Shown: positions 50,539-63,591 of the stretch, in pieces
Layout: each line of letters opens with the position of its first letter
How positions within the stretch are numbered: the first letter of the stretch is position 1
DNA from: Carcharhinus longimanus
Lineage: Eukaryota
DNA length: 64,000 bases
Assembly: GCA_030264375.1 (NCBI GenBank)
Contig: JASCQW010000142.1
Span: 19,559,763-19,623,762 of the forward strand
Direction of reading: 5' to 3'
Notes under the pieces: model-generated
The model's database searches: none
Told to the model about the DNA's origin: nothing
Seen by the model: only the letters and a program-made list of their open reading frames with translations
Made by a program: the position numbers and the translations under genes

Positions 50539-50665
50539 GGCCGGAGTTTTACCACCCTGCCCACCACAGGAATCGGAGTGGGAGTGGACTGGACAATGGG
50601 AAGGTCCATTGACCTCAGGTGGGATTTTACGGTTTCGGGATGAGCGGGGCCATAAAATCCCACCC
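50539..50665. mobile_element. ~125 bp Harbinger-type MITE
   Basis: ggccggagttttac...taaaatcccaccc. Confidence 0.7.
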
Positions 50666-51703
50666 AGTAGGTTTATTTATTGAAAATCCCTTACGCCGCA
50701 TTTTGATTTGTCTCATTATGGCTTCCCACATAATTATAAAGTGAAAGACAAAAGGCAAACCTTAAAAAACATTTTTTGAAATTATTTTTTGACGATAACT
50801 TCAAGCTTTACCAAGAGAATCCTAACACTACCTCAATAAACTGACTTGCGAACTGGTGAAAACATTTTGGTTGTCTTCCGTTAAGTACGGAAATATCAAT
50901 AGCACCATCTTGTGGCAGAATTTAATTGATCTATAGGTCTGATCACCCAAAGGGTATGATCAAGCTGTTTTAAGAAACTGATGGTTCTCCATGGCACTGT
51001 TTCCCCATACACTGAGTGCTTTTATAACTGGAGCACTACATCACTGAATTCACAAGCTATTGTGCATTTAGTCAGGGAATGTTCAGTCCACGATAATCCT
51101 TTCCCAATAGCTGCAAAGCATCTATCTTGAGGAAACCTGTCTGCCCTTAATTTGGAGATGTAGTTAATTAAACTTGTCCCTTCAAGGCTACAAAGTCCAA
51201 ATAGACTGGAGCAAAAATCTGTTCTTCTATCTGCTCCAGCTAATCCCTGTGAAGTAAGGCTATAAATAGGAAAATCCCGTGATCGGCCAGTGCTGTTATT
51301 CAGAGAGGTTTATTGCCAAAAGGGGAACAAAATCTGTATCGTTTTAAAGAAGCTACTTGTTCACTGCTAACGTCCTTAATTGTTCCATTGCTATTTTAGG
51401 AATAAATTATTTCCACCATTCATATACAAAATGTAACATATTATTTGAACCTGACGGATGCACTTGGCAAAAGGTCATTTAGGATGAAACCTGTAGCATT
51501 TGCAAACCTGTGTGTATTTTTTTAGGATAGCACTACACTTTCATTTTTCTGAGTAATGTTATACTTTCTATTCCCCAAAGCTGCACTTCAATGAGACAAT
51601 ATACTTACAGGTTTGCATGTCACTTGTGAACAAGTATGTGAAAATGATCAGGGGCATGTGTTTCCTTCTAATCTTCCCTTCTCCTTCTCTATTCAACTGT
51701 TTG

Positions 51704-52005
51704 GGGTTGCACTGTGACACAGTGGTTAGTGCTGCAGCCTCACAGTGCTAGGGATCCAGGTTCGACTCCCTGCTTGGGTCACTGTGTGGAGTTTGCACAT
51801 TCTCCCTGTTTCTACGTGGATTTCCTCTGGATGCTCCAGTTTCCTCCTACAGTCCAAAGGTGTTCAGGTTAGGTAGATGGGCCATGCTAAATTGTCCCTT
51901 AGTGTCAGGGGGACTTGCTAGGGTAAATGCATGCGGTTGTGGGTAAAGGGCCTGGGTGGGATTGTGATCAGTGCAGACTCCTTCTGAACTGTAGGGTTTT
52001 ATGAT
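51704..52005 (+). mobile_element. HE1-type V-SINE
   Basis: Head, V core and tail. Confidence 0.9.
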
Positions 52006-52113
52006 TAGCTGTTTGGTCTAGGCTTGTACCTCCTGTCTGATTCAGTTGAGGTTTTGTATGGGGAACTCAACAAGTATCTGGGGCACAATTCTTACCCTGC
52101 TGTTGCTTCGCAG

Positions 52114-52170
52114 CACCATGTTTTGCAACCTGTCACAGAATGGATTTCAAGACAGCACAAAAAGCTAAAG
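52114..52170 (+). other. Candidate 57-nt internal exon
   Basis: Acceptor ttgcttcgcag, consensus donor AAG|gtaagt; open in phases 0 and 1. Confidence 0.25.
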
Positions 52171-53451
52171 GTAAGTTTACTAAATTGGCTCCCAGTGAAA
52201 AGTGTATTGGGAATTTGGGCATTTGCTTCCTGCAATTTTCCAAACATTACAATGATTTTAATTTGCAGGCACGATTTACAAAAATTAATTTCAAACAAAA
52301 AAAATTCCACTCCAGAAAGGTAATCTGAAGATTACCCCTTTAATACGTATCTTTCATTCTGGCATCTCCCCAAAAATTCATCCCTAATATGTAATACTAC
52401 CAAGAATCCAAACAGAACACAATAACTGGAATTTATTGGATAGCGGGATCTTGCTGCCCGCCATCTGAAGCTCCGAGTGCCCTGTAGCCATTTCACACTT
52501 GAATGAGCCAATCTAACTGGCTGGAAGTTCTCCAGTCCCTCCAGAAACAGCGCTGCAGTGGGCAAAAATGGAAATGCAGGAGGACATTGAAGCTCAGGTC
52601 TAAGCACTAGATACTCTTGTAGGCTCAAGGGATACAAGTGCCTGTANNNNNNNNNNNNNNNNNNNNNNNNNNNNNNNNNNNNNNNNNNNNNNNNNNNNNN
52701 NNNNNNNNNNNNNNNNNNNNNNNNNNNNNNNNNNNNNNNNNNNNNNNNNNNNNNNNNNNNNNNNNNNNNNNNNNNNNNNNNNNNNNNNNNNNNNNNNNNN
52801 NNNNNNNNNNNNNNNNNNNNNNNNNNNNNNNNNNNNNNNNNNNNNNNNNNNNNNNNNNNNNNNNNNNNNNNNNNNNNNNNNNNNNNNNNNNNNNNNNNNN
52901 NNNNNNNNNNNNNNNNNNNNNNNNNNNNNAACCACAAATTTGCACCCTGCCTAGCCCCGTACCCCTCATAACCTATTACCCCCTAGCTTACTGAGACGCT
53001 CTCCACCTCTTGCATAAAAATATTCAAGGACTGTGCTCCCTCCACCTTTACAGGAAGAAAGTACCAAAGACTTACAACTCTCTCGGGCTTTCTCCATGGG
53101 AGTTCAATCTTTCCACCACCCTATGAATTGAGGGGAAAATGGCCTTTAACTGAGGCAAGAGTAGGCTTCCTGTTTGAAGTCTTGCCCACCGCAATGTAAA
53201 ATTGCTGTGTGGTCGGGGCAAGCGAAAACCTGGAGGCAATCCCATCCCTTCAATCTTATACTCATACTGCCGCCTAAAATGTTGCGAGTCGGGGAGCATA
53301 AAGTTTTAGCCCATGACTTAATTGCTGCTCTTAAGGTAAATTTCATGTGTTAATTCTAAATTAAACAGAGTGTTACCCTTTTAATTAATCGCATTAAGAT
53401 TCCAATACCATTGTAAGGGGCATCCATATCTTGAATGCAATCAATGAGCAG

Positions 53452-53810
53452 GGGGCCTCATGGTGGCACAATGGTTAGCACTGCTTCCTCATAGCTTGAG
53501 GCGCCTGGGTTCGATTCCCAGCTTGGGTCACTGTATGTGTGTGGGGTTTGCACATTCTCCCCGCGTTTGCGTGGGATTCCTCCGGGTCCTCCGATTTCCT
53601 CCCACACTCCAAAGGTGTGCGGGTTGGGTTGATTGGGCACGCTAAATTTGCCCCTTAGTGCCTTGATATGCATAGGCTAGAGGGATTAGTGGTGGTAAGT
53701 ATCTGGGATGACGGGGATTTAGCCTGGGTGAGATTGTTGTCAGTGCAGGGCAATGAGCTGAATGGGCTCCTTCAGCACTGTAGGGATCTATGATTCTATT
53801 CTATTCTATT
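53452..53810 (+). mobile_element. HE1-type V-SINE
   Basis: Full copy with (attct)n tail. Confidence 0.92.
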
Positions 53811-54055
53811 AATATCAGTTTCAACTCTGGACAACTTCAATGTGTTTTTAGAAGCTTATTCCTCCAAACAGACAATCAGAAAACATGAACTGCACTTCCC
53901 CCTGCATCATCACCCCAAGCTGCCAATATTTGGCCATGGACTGAATTGCCTGTCCCTTCCGTGTAGCCCGGACTGCTAAAGAGCAGAAACATTTGTCCTA
54001 ACTTATTTCATCATTAGGAACGAGAACGTTAATTCTCTGTCGCTTTCCTCTCTAG

Positions 54056-54255
54056 ACAACAAAGGATGAAATGATTCTCATGCACAAAAGGAAACCTGTT
54101 TTTGTACTGTTCCTCCAGACGTAGACACCATATGCCCGCTTGGCTGCCAGCTGCCAGAATGACAGGAAATTTGTGGTGGGATATGGAAAGCAGTACTGCG
54201 CCTACACAGAGGGACACTTCATCAAATCCAAGCTGCCCTCAATTTCTAAAAAGAG
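54056..54255 (+). other. Candidate coding or pseudo-exon of unknown gene
   Basis: Acceptor tttcctctctag, donor AG|gtaaat; coding-like run CQNDRKFVVGYGKQYCAYTEGHFIKSKLPSISKK; no fully open frame. Confidence 0.25.
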
Positions 54256-54521
54256 GTAAATTCTTTTCATGTTATGTGCTCGGCATTCAGGCTGATTGTG
54301 TTCCCTCTCATCAGGCACATTTAACACTTTGCTTACTGGATTTCATTGGTGTTTGAAGCAGTTTACTGACTGGAGAATGAATCCAATTACCAGAGGGCTT
54401 TTTCTATAAAGTAGGCAAATCTGCAGGGCTCCGGGACTGTGGCAGGAAGGTGGCATAAGAAAGGGCACCTGGGTATCCTCAGGCTGCTATAATTGCTTCC
54501 CTCTGTGCTGTAACTTTTTAA

Positions 54522-54815
54522 GGCAGCAGGGTGGCACAATGGTTAGCACTGCTGCCTCACAGCACCAGGGACTCGGCTTCGATTCCCAGCTTGGATCATN
54601 NNNNNNNNNNNNNNNNNNNNNNNNNNNNNNNNNNNNNNNNNNNNNNNNNNNNNNNNNNNNNNNNNNNNNNNNNNNNNNNNNNNNNNNNNNNNNNNTTACC
54701 CCTTAGTGTTCCAAGATTAGATGGATTAATGGGGTAAATATGTGGGGTTATGGGTATACCTGAATAAGAGCCGGTGCAGACTCGAATGGTTCTGCACTGT
54801 AGGGATTCTATGATT
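54522..54815 (+). mobile_element. HE1-type V-SINE (gap inside)
   Basis: Head and tail flank an N run. Confidence 0.88.
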
Positions 54816-55049
54816 CAATGACCCTGAAAGTTATTTTTAAAAATAAAGATTTCATACCATTGGGAAAACACTACAACAATTCTGTGTTCTCGCATTTCGG
54901 TTATTGTGGACCGTATAACTCCACTTCCCCCAATTTGTAGTGTCGTGTAATTGAAGTTCAATTATAAGGCTTAACTTCAAATAAGGTTTTTTATCTGCTT
55001 TCCATAGGCGAGGAAACATGAGAAACCTCAGTTTTCAAGCGCTTTCATA

Positions 55050-56000
55050 ACCTTACTCCTGACTCACTCTTGAGTTCATTTGTCCAATTTCAGAAAACGA
55101 GCTCTGTAACCTGAATCCTAATTGCCTTTTCACAGAGTGTATAATGATTACAGTGCCATCAATCATCTATAAACTCTTCAGTTGTCAGACTCATTTTGCA
55201 TTAGCACCGTGCCTTTCCCATCCGTACTAGTATTTTAAACTTTTTAATACGGTCACTTATTGTGTCTATGGCTAGTTTATTGTCAGTTTTGAAGTTTTCT
55301 GTTTTATAACATGTGAATTGAATCTCGAAAATTTGTCTGTGGCGGGGATAATTTATGAAAACAGGGCATTATAGGTTCCTAAAATGGATGTCAAATTACC
55401 TGAGTCACATGTTTAATGGTGTAACCTTTTCCTGTCCTTCCCTTCAGTTGACACTTCCCACTAATTCAAATCATTTAACCTTTGATAGAACAGTCATTTC
55501 TTATAATACATTTAATTCATTATTTAAAACATGATTACATCTTTGCCATTTTTTTATTGCTGAGCAATAAAGATACTGGTCAGTCTCCCTTCACCTGAAG
55601 TGATCTATGAACTGTAAGGACACCATAATTCAGTGCGCTGTTTAACTGAGTATGTGGCAAGTTTTCACCGTGTCAGATCTCCAAAGAGTATACTCATTAT
55701 GTTGTCTCAGTTTTTAAATAGAAAGCAAAGCTCTGAAAATCAATCAACATGTGGTGTTCGGAAAGAGAGATGTCAGACATTCAATGCTTTAAGCAAAGAT
55801 AAACTATGGCTCTGTCATGCTTGCATAATTTACTCACCCTTTGGGTTTCCTTGTGCTCAACGTTGCTCAATAAATTATTTTTCAGCAAGCCATCGCGTCC
55901 AGCTTTCCATTTTCAACTAACGTGCTGGGTCTGGCTGGAACAGAATTTTCAAAATGTTATCAGTTGTGTAATGGATTACTTTGCTGGTGATTAAAAACTC
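55050..56000. promoter_or_regulatory. Candidate conserved non-coding element cluster
   Basis: CCATCAATCA at 55156-55165 (= TGATTGATGG, PBX-HOX), many TAAT/TTTAT motifs, repeat-free ~1 kb. Confidence 0.4.
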
Positions 56001-56062
56001 ACATACATTCAGTACAACTGTTCATTCACTTTAGCTTCACCCCCAGAACACAGGATAACAGT

Positions 56063-56333
56063 GCAGCACGGTGGCATAGTGGTTAGCAATGCAGCCTCGC
56101 AGCGCCAGGGTCCCAGGTTCAATTCTGCCCTCAGGTCGGTCTCTCTGTGTGGGCTTCCTCTGGGTGCTCTGGTTTCCTCTGGCAGTCCAAAGATGTGCAG
56201 ATTAAGTTGGTTGGCTGTGTTAAATTGACCCTAACGTCGTGAGGATTGACAGGGTAAATGTGTGGCATTATGGAAATAAGGCTTAGGTGGGATTGTGGTC
56301 AGTGCAGAATGGCCTCCTTCTGTACTTCAGGGA
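56063..56333 (+). mobile_element. HE1-type V-SINE
   Basis: Head, V core and tail. Confidence 0.88.
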
Positions 56334-56347
56334 GTATACAAGATAAT

Positions 56348-56838
56348 ATGACTCTTATCAATTTTTACAGATGCACCACAGAAAGCATCCTTTCCGGATG
56401 TTTGGTATGGCTCCTGCTCTGACCAAGAACCGTAATAAACTACAAACGGTTGTGAACATAGCCCAGTGCATCAGGCAAACTAGCCTGCCATCCATTGACT
56501 CTGTCTACATTTCCTGCTGCTTCGGAAAAGCAGCCAGCATAATCAAGGATCCCATGGACATACTCTATTTCACTGTCTTCCGTTGGGGAAAGGACACAAA
56601 AGTCTGAGATCACATACCAATGGACTCAAGAACAGCTTCTCCTGCTGCCATCAGATTTTTGAATGGACCTACCTTATATTAAGTCGATTTTTCTCTAAAC
56701 CCCAGCTACGACTGTAACACTACATTCTGCATTCTCTCTTTTCCTTCTCTCCTATGTACTTTATCATTGGTGTGCTTTGCCTGTATAACAATATTTTTCA
56801 CTGTATCCTAATGTGACAATAATAAATCAAATCAAATC
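56348..56838 (+). mobile_element. Rex1/Babar-type LINE 3' fragment
   Basis: TLINFYRCTTESILSG; KLQTVVNIAQCIRQTSLPSIDSVYISCCFGKAASIIKDP; (aaatc)n tail. Confidence 0.85.
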
Positions 56839-57386
56839 ATAACTGTCCCAGCATTTAGCTAAGTTAATTCGGCACAGAGGAAACTGCGGGTAGCTCTCAG
56901 CCTGTGCATCGCAGGAAGTAGGGCTCATGCCTTGTGGTCTACACAGTACAAGGGTGCCATTGGAATGCAAGTGATATAGGACAGACATAGTTCATTCAGT
57001 CCATCAAGTCTGTTCCACTATTAATCGAGACCAATCTTTTGTTTGGTACCTTTTGCTACCCGCACTTAACAAATATCTATCAACAATAATGCTCCGTCAC
57101 CTTTGGATTCCTGGCATTTGTAAAATGTCTGCATTTTCCCTATAGGGAAAGTAACAAATGCATTACCACCTGCAATCCAAGACTTTGTGACTTGATAATG
57201 CTTCTGTGGACAGTTGATATATAATGCAAATAAGAACCAGCACTTACATAGCATGAGATTAGCCCACTTTCCTTGTACACCCAAGAACTACATTGTTACA
57301 AATTTAAGAGCAGGATTATACGTGGTGAAGGAATTCCCAAGGTGACTGCCTTTTTCACCATAAACAAATCAGCAGACTTCAGAAAT

Positions 57387-57690
57387 GGCAGCATGGTGGC
57401 ACAGTTGTTAGTACTGCTGCCATCCAGCACCAGAGACGTGGGTTTGATTCCCAGCGTGGGCCACTGTCTGTGTGGAGTTTGCACATTCTCCCTGTATCTA
57501 AGTGGGTTTCCTCTGGATGCTCCGGTTTCATCCCACAGTCCAAAGATGTGCAGGTTAGGTGCATCGGCCATGTTAAATTCTCCCTCGGTGTACCCGAACA
57601 GGTGTCAGAGTGTGGCAACTAGGGAATTTTCAACGTAACTTCATTACAGTGTGAATGCAAGCCTATTTGTGACACGAATAAATAAACTTT
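57387..57690 (+). mobile_element. V-SINE, alternative-tail subfamily
   Basis: ...gtacccgaacagg...gcctatttgtgacacgaataaataaacttt. Confidence 0.88.
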
Positions 57691-59201
57691 AATTTTATCA
57701 TTGGAAATACAAGCTTTGCAATGTAAACTCTGAAAACAAAAAGAGCAGCGCTTGCCACAAGAAATACTCATGTCATGTTAAATGACAGGTAAAGTGGTAT
57801 GTTAAGCAAAGAAAGATAAAAACAAACTTTCTAAGCAAAAGTTTAAAATAAAGCTCCCCTTGAAGAAGCTCCCCCCTAAGATCTACATCTTATTTCGGAG
57901 TTTGTAGAGGAGTTGGCCAGAATCTCAAAAAAACTAGTATTCTCCCAGGCCAGTGATTGCACTCCACTGTTAGACTGACAAGTACAATTGTCAAATTGAT
58001 AGGCGGTACAAAATGTTGCACAACTTCCACACAGGTAACAAATATACCCATCCTCTGACCCGATTGCAAGAATAAAAGTAAAATACTCATCATTTTCGAG
58101 AAGGTAAAAGGCTTACTTCAGAGTTAGTTCAGACCAAAGGATGAGAAATTATTCTGGGCCTGATGTGACAGAGTCCTGAGGTGATCACGAGATTGGGCCT
58201 CAGGCCTCATTAGCCGGTATAGGACAAGCTGCAGGCATTGGGCATGTGGTAGCTCGAGCCATGAGCATAATGAATTTCGAACCACTGGCATCAGCCCTCT
58301 GGTACATTCTGAAGATGGTTGGACGTGGAGGCAGGTGATGGCATCAAAGAGGACTGCGGAGTCAGGACAAGTGTTCTTGCTCCTCCTAAAGAAAACTAAA
58401 AGTGTGGAGCTAATTCAAAGAAACCCAATGTCTGTCCTGCTTTTCCGGTCCATCAATAGACATTGGTCCCTCATTAAAATATTTTTGGGGCTTAACAGCT
58501 GTTAGATACCTAAAACATGGTCGCAATGAATTTAACATGGGGACAAACACCTACATCAATTAGGCACAGGCTCTCCCACTCCTAAATTGATATGATTAAT
58601 GTTCATTTTGTACCTGCATAATGGGCGCTGTCCATATCGAAATGATACATCCATATTATCAGTTGTCACAGCCATTTCATTATGATGCAAATGCCAGCAG
58701 AAAGTGCTTAGTATTGTAAAGTTAAACAAATGAAAGGCCCTGCTGGGTTTAGAGTTCTGATGCACATCAGAGCACTGAACAAGTGCATCTGGAGGCCTAT
58801 TAAGACGCTAACATTAGTTGTGTCACTCAAGCGTTTTAAGCCCATCACCCTGATCTGCATAAATGTTTACAGCAAGGCAGCAGCTTTGAAAATCCGTTAA
58901 AAAGCCTTTCAGTTTGCAGACGATGGACAAATAATTGCCAGAACAGTGATATACTGCCTAGTTCCATCTTCTCAGAGGCCTAACTATGTCTTTGCTACGT
59001 TTAGCTCCATGATACTAGCCTCGTACCCCCTTCTTTTCTGACAGGTAATATTAGACTGCATCAATCCATCATGTCTGCATTGATGTTTGAAGACAAGCAT
59101 AACCAATGTTATTGTTATAGCCAGTCAGGACCAACCGATCAATATAAATATATCTAAACCAAACATCACATTCACCATACTTAAATATCAGAGAATATCA
59201 T

Positions 59202-59319
59202 GGGCAGGATTTTCCATCTAGTCTTGCCCCGAAACCGAAAAATCCTGTCCGAGGTCAATAGACCTTTCCATGTTCCGCCCCTCACCCACTCTGAATCCCG
59301 GGATGGTAAAATACGCCCC
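59202..59319. mobile_element. ~118 bp Harbinger-type MITE
   Basis: gggcaggattttcca...tggtaaaatacgcccc; TSD cat/cat. Confidence 0.75.
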
Positions 59320-59751
59320 CATGTATCTAAAATCATCAAAGTTGCTTCACAGCATAATCATCAGTCAGTAGAGACAATTAATCAAAGAAGATATTCTGCA
59401 AAGTTTCTGCAAAGTATGTTGATTTAGCATGTACAAAAATATAGACCACTTGTCAAATAAGTACAAAAATTAAAATTCCATGTAATATTTCTTCGATGAA
59501 CAATACCACATATTGTTGATAGCTATCTCCCATTGCTGAAAGCACTGAATATTTTCTCCTCAAAACATGCCTATTTTAAAGGATAGTTTGTTTATAAAAT
59601 TTATTATGTAACTGATATTTTGAATGTAAGTTGGGTAAACATTTTGTATCAGTTCTCAGCGATAGCTTGCTGAGCCCACCTGCAGAGAAGACAAAGAAAT
59701 GACATGCGTCAAACACAAACACCCATTCCAGATCACAAAAGAGATACTATT

Positions 59752-60059
59752 CATAGAATCTCAGAATCCCCACAGTACAGAAGGGGGCCATTCAGTGCAT
59801 CGACCCTGCACTAATAACAATCCCACCCAGGCTCTATCCCCGTAACCCCACGTTTACCCTGCTAACCCCCTTGATACTAAGGGGCAATTGAGCATGGCCA
59901 ATCAACCTGACCTGCACATTTTTGGACTATGAGAGGCAACTGGAGCACCCAGAGCACACAGGGAGAAGGTGCAAACTTCACATAGACAGTAACCCGAGGC
60001 TGGAAATGAACCTGAGTCCCTGGTGCTGTGCGGCAACAGTGCAATCTACTGCACCACCC
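59752..60059 (-). mobile_element. HE1-type V-SINE
   Basis: Head, V core and tail on minus strand. Confidence 0.9.
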
Positions 60060-61175
60060 TTATTTTTCCCAAGCTAATTGTCAGCCTGCTGAACCACGTT
60101 ACTAATGCTCCTTGAGTGGCCAACAAGTCCTGGTGTTGACCTTAATCCCAGAGTTTCTGGTTAAGAACCATTGTGCCACAAGACTTCTGGTGTCACATGC
60201 CTGGCTCAGTCTATCGTACAGGTGGATGTACAGCAGTGTGAGTGAACTCAGAGGTAAGAAGATGGTGAATTAGATCAACAGTTGGGAAAGTACCTATGGC
60301 AGATCAAGTTTGCAACACTCGGTGGCTGTTCCTGAAATAACACTGCTGGTGAATGTCATTCAAAATGTAAAAATAGATGGAACAGAAATAGTCATGCTTC
60401 CTGAAATGAAGAGAGACAGAAATGGTTTTAGTGTGACTGGCAGCCGAGGACTAACAGAAGTAGCATGAGGCTGAAGGGAAAGTAAAAGAAAATATTTGAC
60501 TAGAGCTGTGTGAGTTCAAATTAGAACTTGAGCACCTTAGAATAGAGAGAGAATGAATAATTTGAATTCAAGACCAACAGGAAGGGGCAACAATGCCATT
60601 ACAATGCTGTGAGAAGGAGCGATTATGCAGGATCAGAAAGAAGTGAGCAACCACTCTCTCGACCCCATCTGAGAAACGTACATATCAGCAGCAAATAAAT
60701 GTGCTACAGGACTTTGAGCTTTACCATTTCATTACAATAGGAATTAATTCCAAGTTTGAAGGACTGGTAAAATATTGATAGATTTTTTCGAAAACTGGAA
60801 CGCTGAAAAACAGATTTGGAATAAAAAACACACACAGCCAGGACTGCACAGGATTCCTGCAAAATAACCCATGTGTTCAATAACATTTCCCGTTGGGGAA
60901 ATGGGGCGTGGGNNNNNNNNNNAAACCCGTGGTTTAAAACAAGTGGGCGGGTGGGGTAGTGGGGGGGGGGGGGGGGGGGGGGGGGGGGTGGTCTCCGGAT
61001 CCCCAGAGGGGAATCACCTCCAGATTCCAGTTTCTTAACAGGGAGTTTGGATTCCAGGGGGGACCGGGTTACAGGAGAGGAAGGAAGTGGGGCGAGGGTG
61101 CCAGACTGCTGGGGAAAGGAAGGACAAAATACAAATGGGCCAGCTGCCAAGGGGCATCACCAGGCAGGAATAGAA

Positions 61176-61470
61176 GTGGTACAATGATTAGCACTGCTGC
61201 CTCACAGCGCCAGGTACCTGGGTTCAATTCCGGCCTGTGAAGAATTTGTACTTTCTCCCCATGTCTGCGTGGGTTTCCTTCGGGTGTTCCAGTTTCATCT
61301 CTCAGTCTACAGATGTGCGGGTTAGGCGGATTGGCCATGCTAACTTGCCCCTTAGCGTCCTAAGATGTGGGGGTATAGCAGGGCAAATACATGGGGTTAT
61401 GGGCTTGGGTGGGATTGTTGTCAGTGCAAGATTGATGGGCCGATTGATCTCCTTCTATATTATAGGGATC
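61176..61470 (+). mobile_element. HE1-type V-SINE
   Basis: Head, V core and tail. Confidence 0.88.
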
Positions 61471-62139
61471 CTATACTTCTATACTTTCTTGTGCCAATCC
61501 TGTGGACTACAATAACGCAAACAGTGTTACTGTCAGAGTTTAAAATTGAATGGCCGAATCATAGAGGCAGGAATATAAGAAACTGCAAGAGAGAATCTAT
61601 AAAGATAGTTGGAACTGTTTGTCGCTGAGGGATAGATTTCAGAAGATTTAGGAATCTGGTTTCTTGATCAGGGTATAAACCTCTCGAGCAGTTAGACACG
61701 TTAGCTAATCATCTCAAAGCCTCCTGACCCCAAGTCTGCTGCTGTACAGTTGGAAGATGAGACGCTTCAGCCCATGAGACAGAAGATTGATCAGCAAGTC
61801 AGCTGTTCGGCATGTCCCAGGTTGATTCTGAAAGAAAAAATAGCCAAGGGAATGAGATCAGGTGTTTTAAACCTGGTGAGGCAGGCCACAACCACTTTTA
61901 GTCTCTTAGAAATCTTCCAACACAAATCAGGAAGCCATATGTGAGCCTAACGTACGGGATTATTAGTTAGTAGAGATAGTTTAATATTTTATTTTCAGCA
62001 AATGAGACAGAACTAAAGAGGTTGAGGCGTGCTACCCATTCTTTGAATGATTGTACATGGTGGTGGTGCATGTGATGGTCTAGTGAAGGATTAGTGTGAT
62101 GAAAGGGTGCCCATGTTTGTGTAAACAGAAAAATACCCC

Positions 62140-62410
62140 TAGGCAGAGAGTGGGGGTTAATGTGTGCTATTCGGATTGGCGGTTGGTGACTAGTGGAGTG
62201 CCCCAGGGGTCGGTGCTGGGGCCTCAGCTATTTACCATTTNNNNNNNNNNNNNNNNNNNNNNNNNNNNNNNNNNNNNNNNNNNNNNNNNNNNNNNNNNNN
62301 NNNNNNNNNNNNNNNNNNNNNNNNNNNNNNNNNNNNNNNNATGATCTTATTGAATGGCGGGGCAGGCTCGAAGAGCTAGATGGCCTACTCCTGCTCCTAT
62401 TTCTTATGTT
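62140..62410 (+). mobile_element. CR1-type LINE (RT fragment, gap, 3' end)
   Basis: RQRVGVNVCYSDWRLVTSGVPQGSVLGPQLFTI; ctactcctgctcctatttcttatgttctta tail. Confidence 0.9.
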
Positions 62411-62488
62411 CTTATTGTGCAGAGCATTTGCTCACACGGAAACCAGGAGGAATTGCGGTTTGCAGGCATACCAAGTAAGGTACACATA

Positions 62489-62615
62489 GTGCAGAATTTT
62501 CCCATCCTGCCCACCATGGGAATCGTAGCGGGTAGGGGGCAGACCATGGAAAGGTCCATTGATCTCAAGCAGGGTTTTCCAGTCTTGGGATGAGCACAAC
62601 TGGTAAGTCCCGCCC
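62489..62615. mobile_element. ~127 bp Harbinger-type MITE
   Basis: gtgcagaattttccc...taagtcccgccc; TSD ata/ata. Confidence 0.75.
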
Positions 62616-62697
62616 ATAATCTTTGTAAATAAGGCATAGGATGCAGACCCTCCCAGAAGGAGAAGATTAATTTGCCTCATGTCAGTATTTTTTGGTT

Positions 62698-63020
62698 ACT
62701 TGTTGACAAAAAGGGATGGCACGGTGGCACAGTGGTTAGCACTGCTGCCTCACAGTGCCAAGGATCTGGATTTGATTCCTGGCTTGGATCACTGTCCGTG
62801 TGGAGTTTGCACATTCTCCCCGTGTCTGTGTGGGTTTCCTCTGGATGCTCCAGTTTCCTCCCACACTCCAAAGATGTGCGGGTTAGGTTGATTGGCCATG
62901 CTTAAATGGCTCCTTAGTGTTAGTAGGGTAAATAAGTAGGGTTACGGGGATAGGGCCTGGGTGGGATTGTGGTCGGTGCAGGTTCGATGGACCAAATGGC
63001 CTCGTGCCACACTGTAGGGA
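62698..63020 (+). mobile_element. HE1-type V-SINE
   Basis: Full copy. Confidence 0.92.
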
Positions 63021-63383
63021 AAAGAATTTATAAAAATCAATCCACAAAATGTTTTAAAGCAAAGTATTGCATGGAAGTTATTAAAGAGGCCTGTTTGATA
63101 AGTGTTAATGAGCTGCTTCTCCATAAACTGGAAATCATAAAGCAGTCTGTTAGCTTGTTTAGGTAATTGATAACCACCTCACATTCACTGCATTGAAAAG
63201 TCTTTGACCTCTTTTAATGGCTGCGAATTGAGAGCCAAGAAAGGCAGGCACATAAACAAGGAAGGCTTTTGAAACAGGGCAATGCACAGTCGGGGTGTAT
63301 GAAACTGAAAGCTAGAAAGAGGTGGGGGGGGCAAACTCGAAAGAAGGATGCATTGCTAGTGAAGTTAGAAATAAATATAAACT

Positions 63384-63485
63384 CATAGACACTAGAAGCA
63401 GGAGCAGGCCATTCGGCCCTTCGAGCCTGCTCCACTGTTCATTTTGATCATGGCTGATCATCAAATTCAATACTCTGATCCCCTG
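63384..63485 (-). mobile_element. CR1-type LINE 3' end
   Basis: tagaagcaggagcaggccattcggcccttcgagcctgctcc. Confidence 0.8.
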
Positions 63486-63514
63486 ACGGCATGTCTGGAG
63501 AGGTACAGAGCTTG

Positions 63515-63591
63515 CCGTGACTTGCCTGGGTTTGCAAAACCTCACTTACTGTACTGTCTGGAGACAATACACATCTCTGTAACCTGTGATC
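63515..63591 (+). mobile_element. Penelope-like fragment running into gap
   Basis: gacttgcctgggtttgcaaaacctcac...gagacaatacacat is homologous to 44030-44090. Confidence 0.65.

Noticed and set aside
58920-59044. Plus-strand exon-like unit ending cag|gtaata
   Set aside because: Stops in all three frames; no supporting homology
60950-60990. Long G run, potential G-quadruplex; similar run at 10417-10443
   Set aside because: Low-complexity tract; the 60.9 kb run is next to a gap in MITE-like sequence, so its length is unreliable
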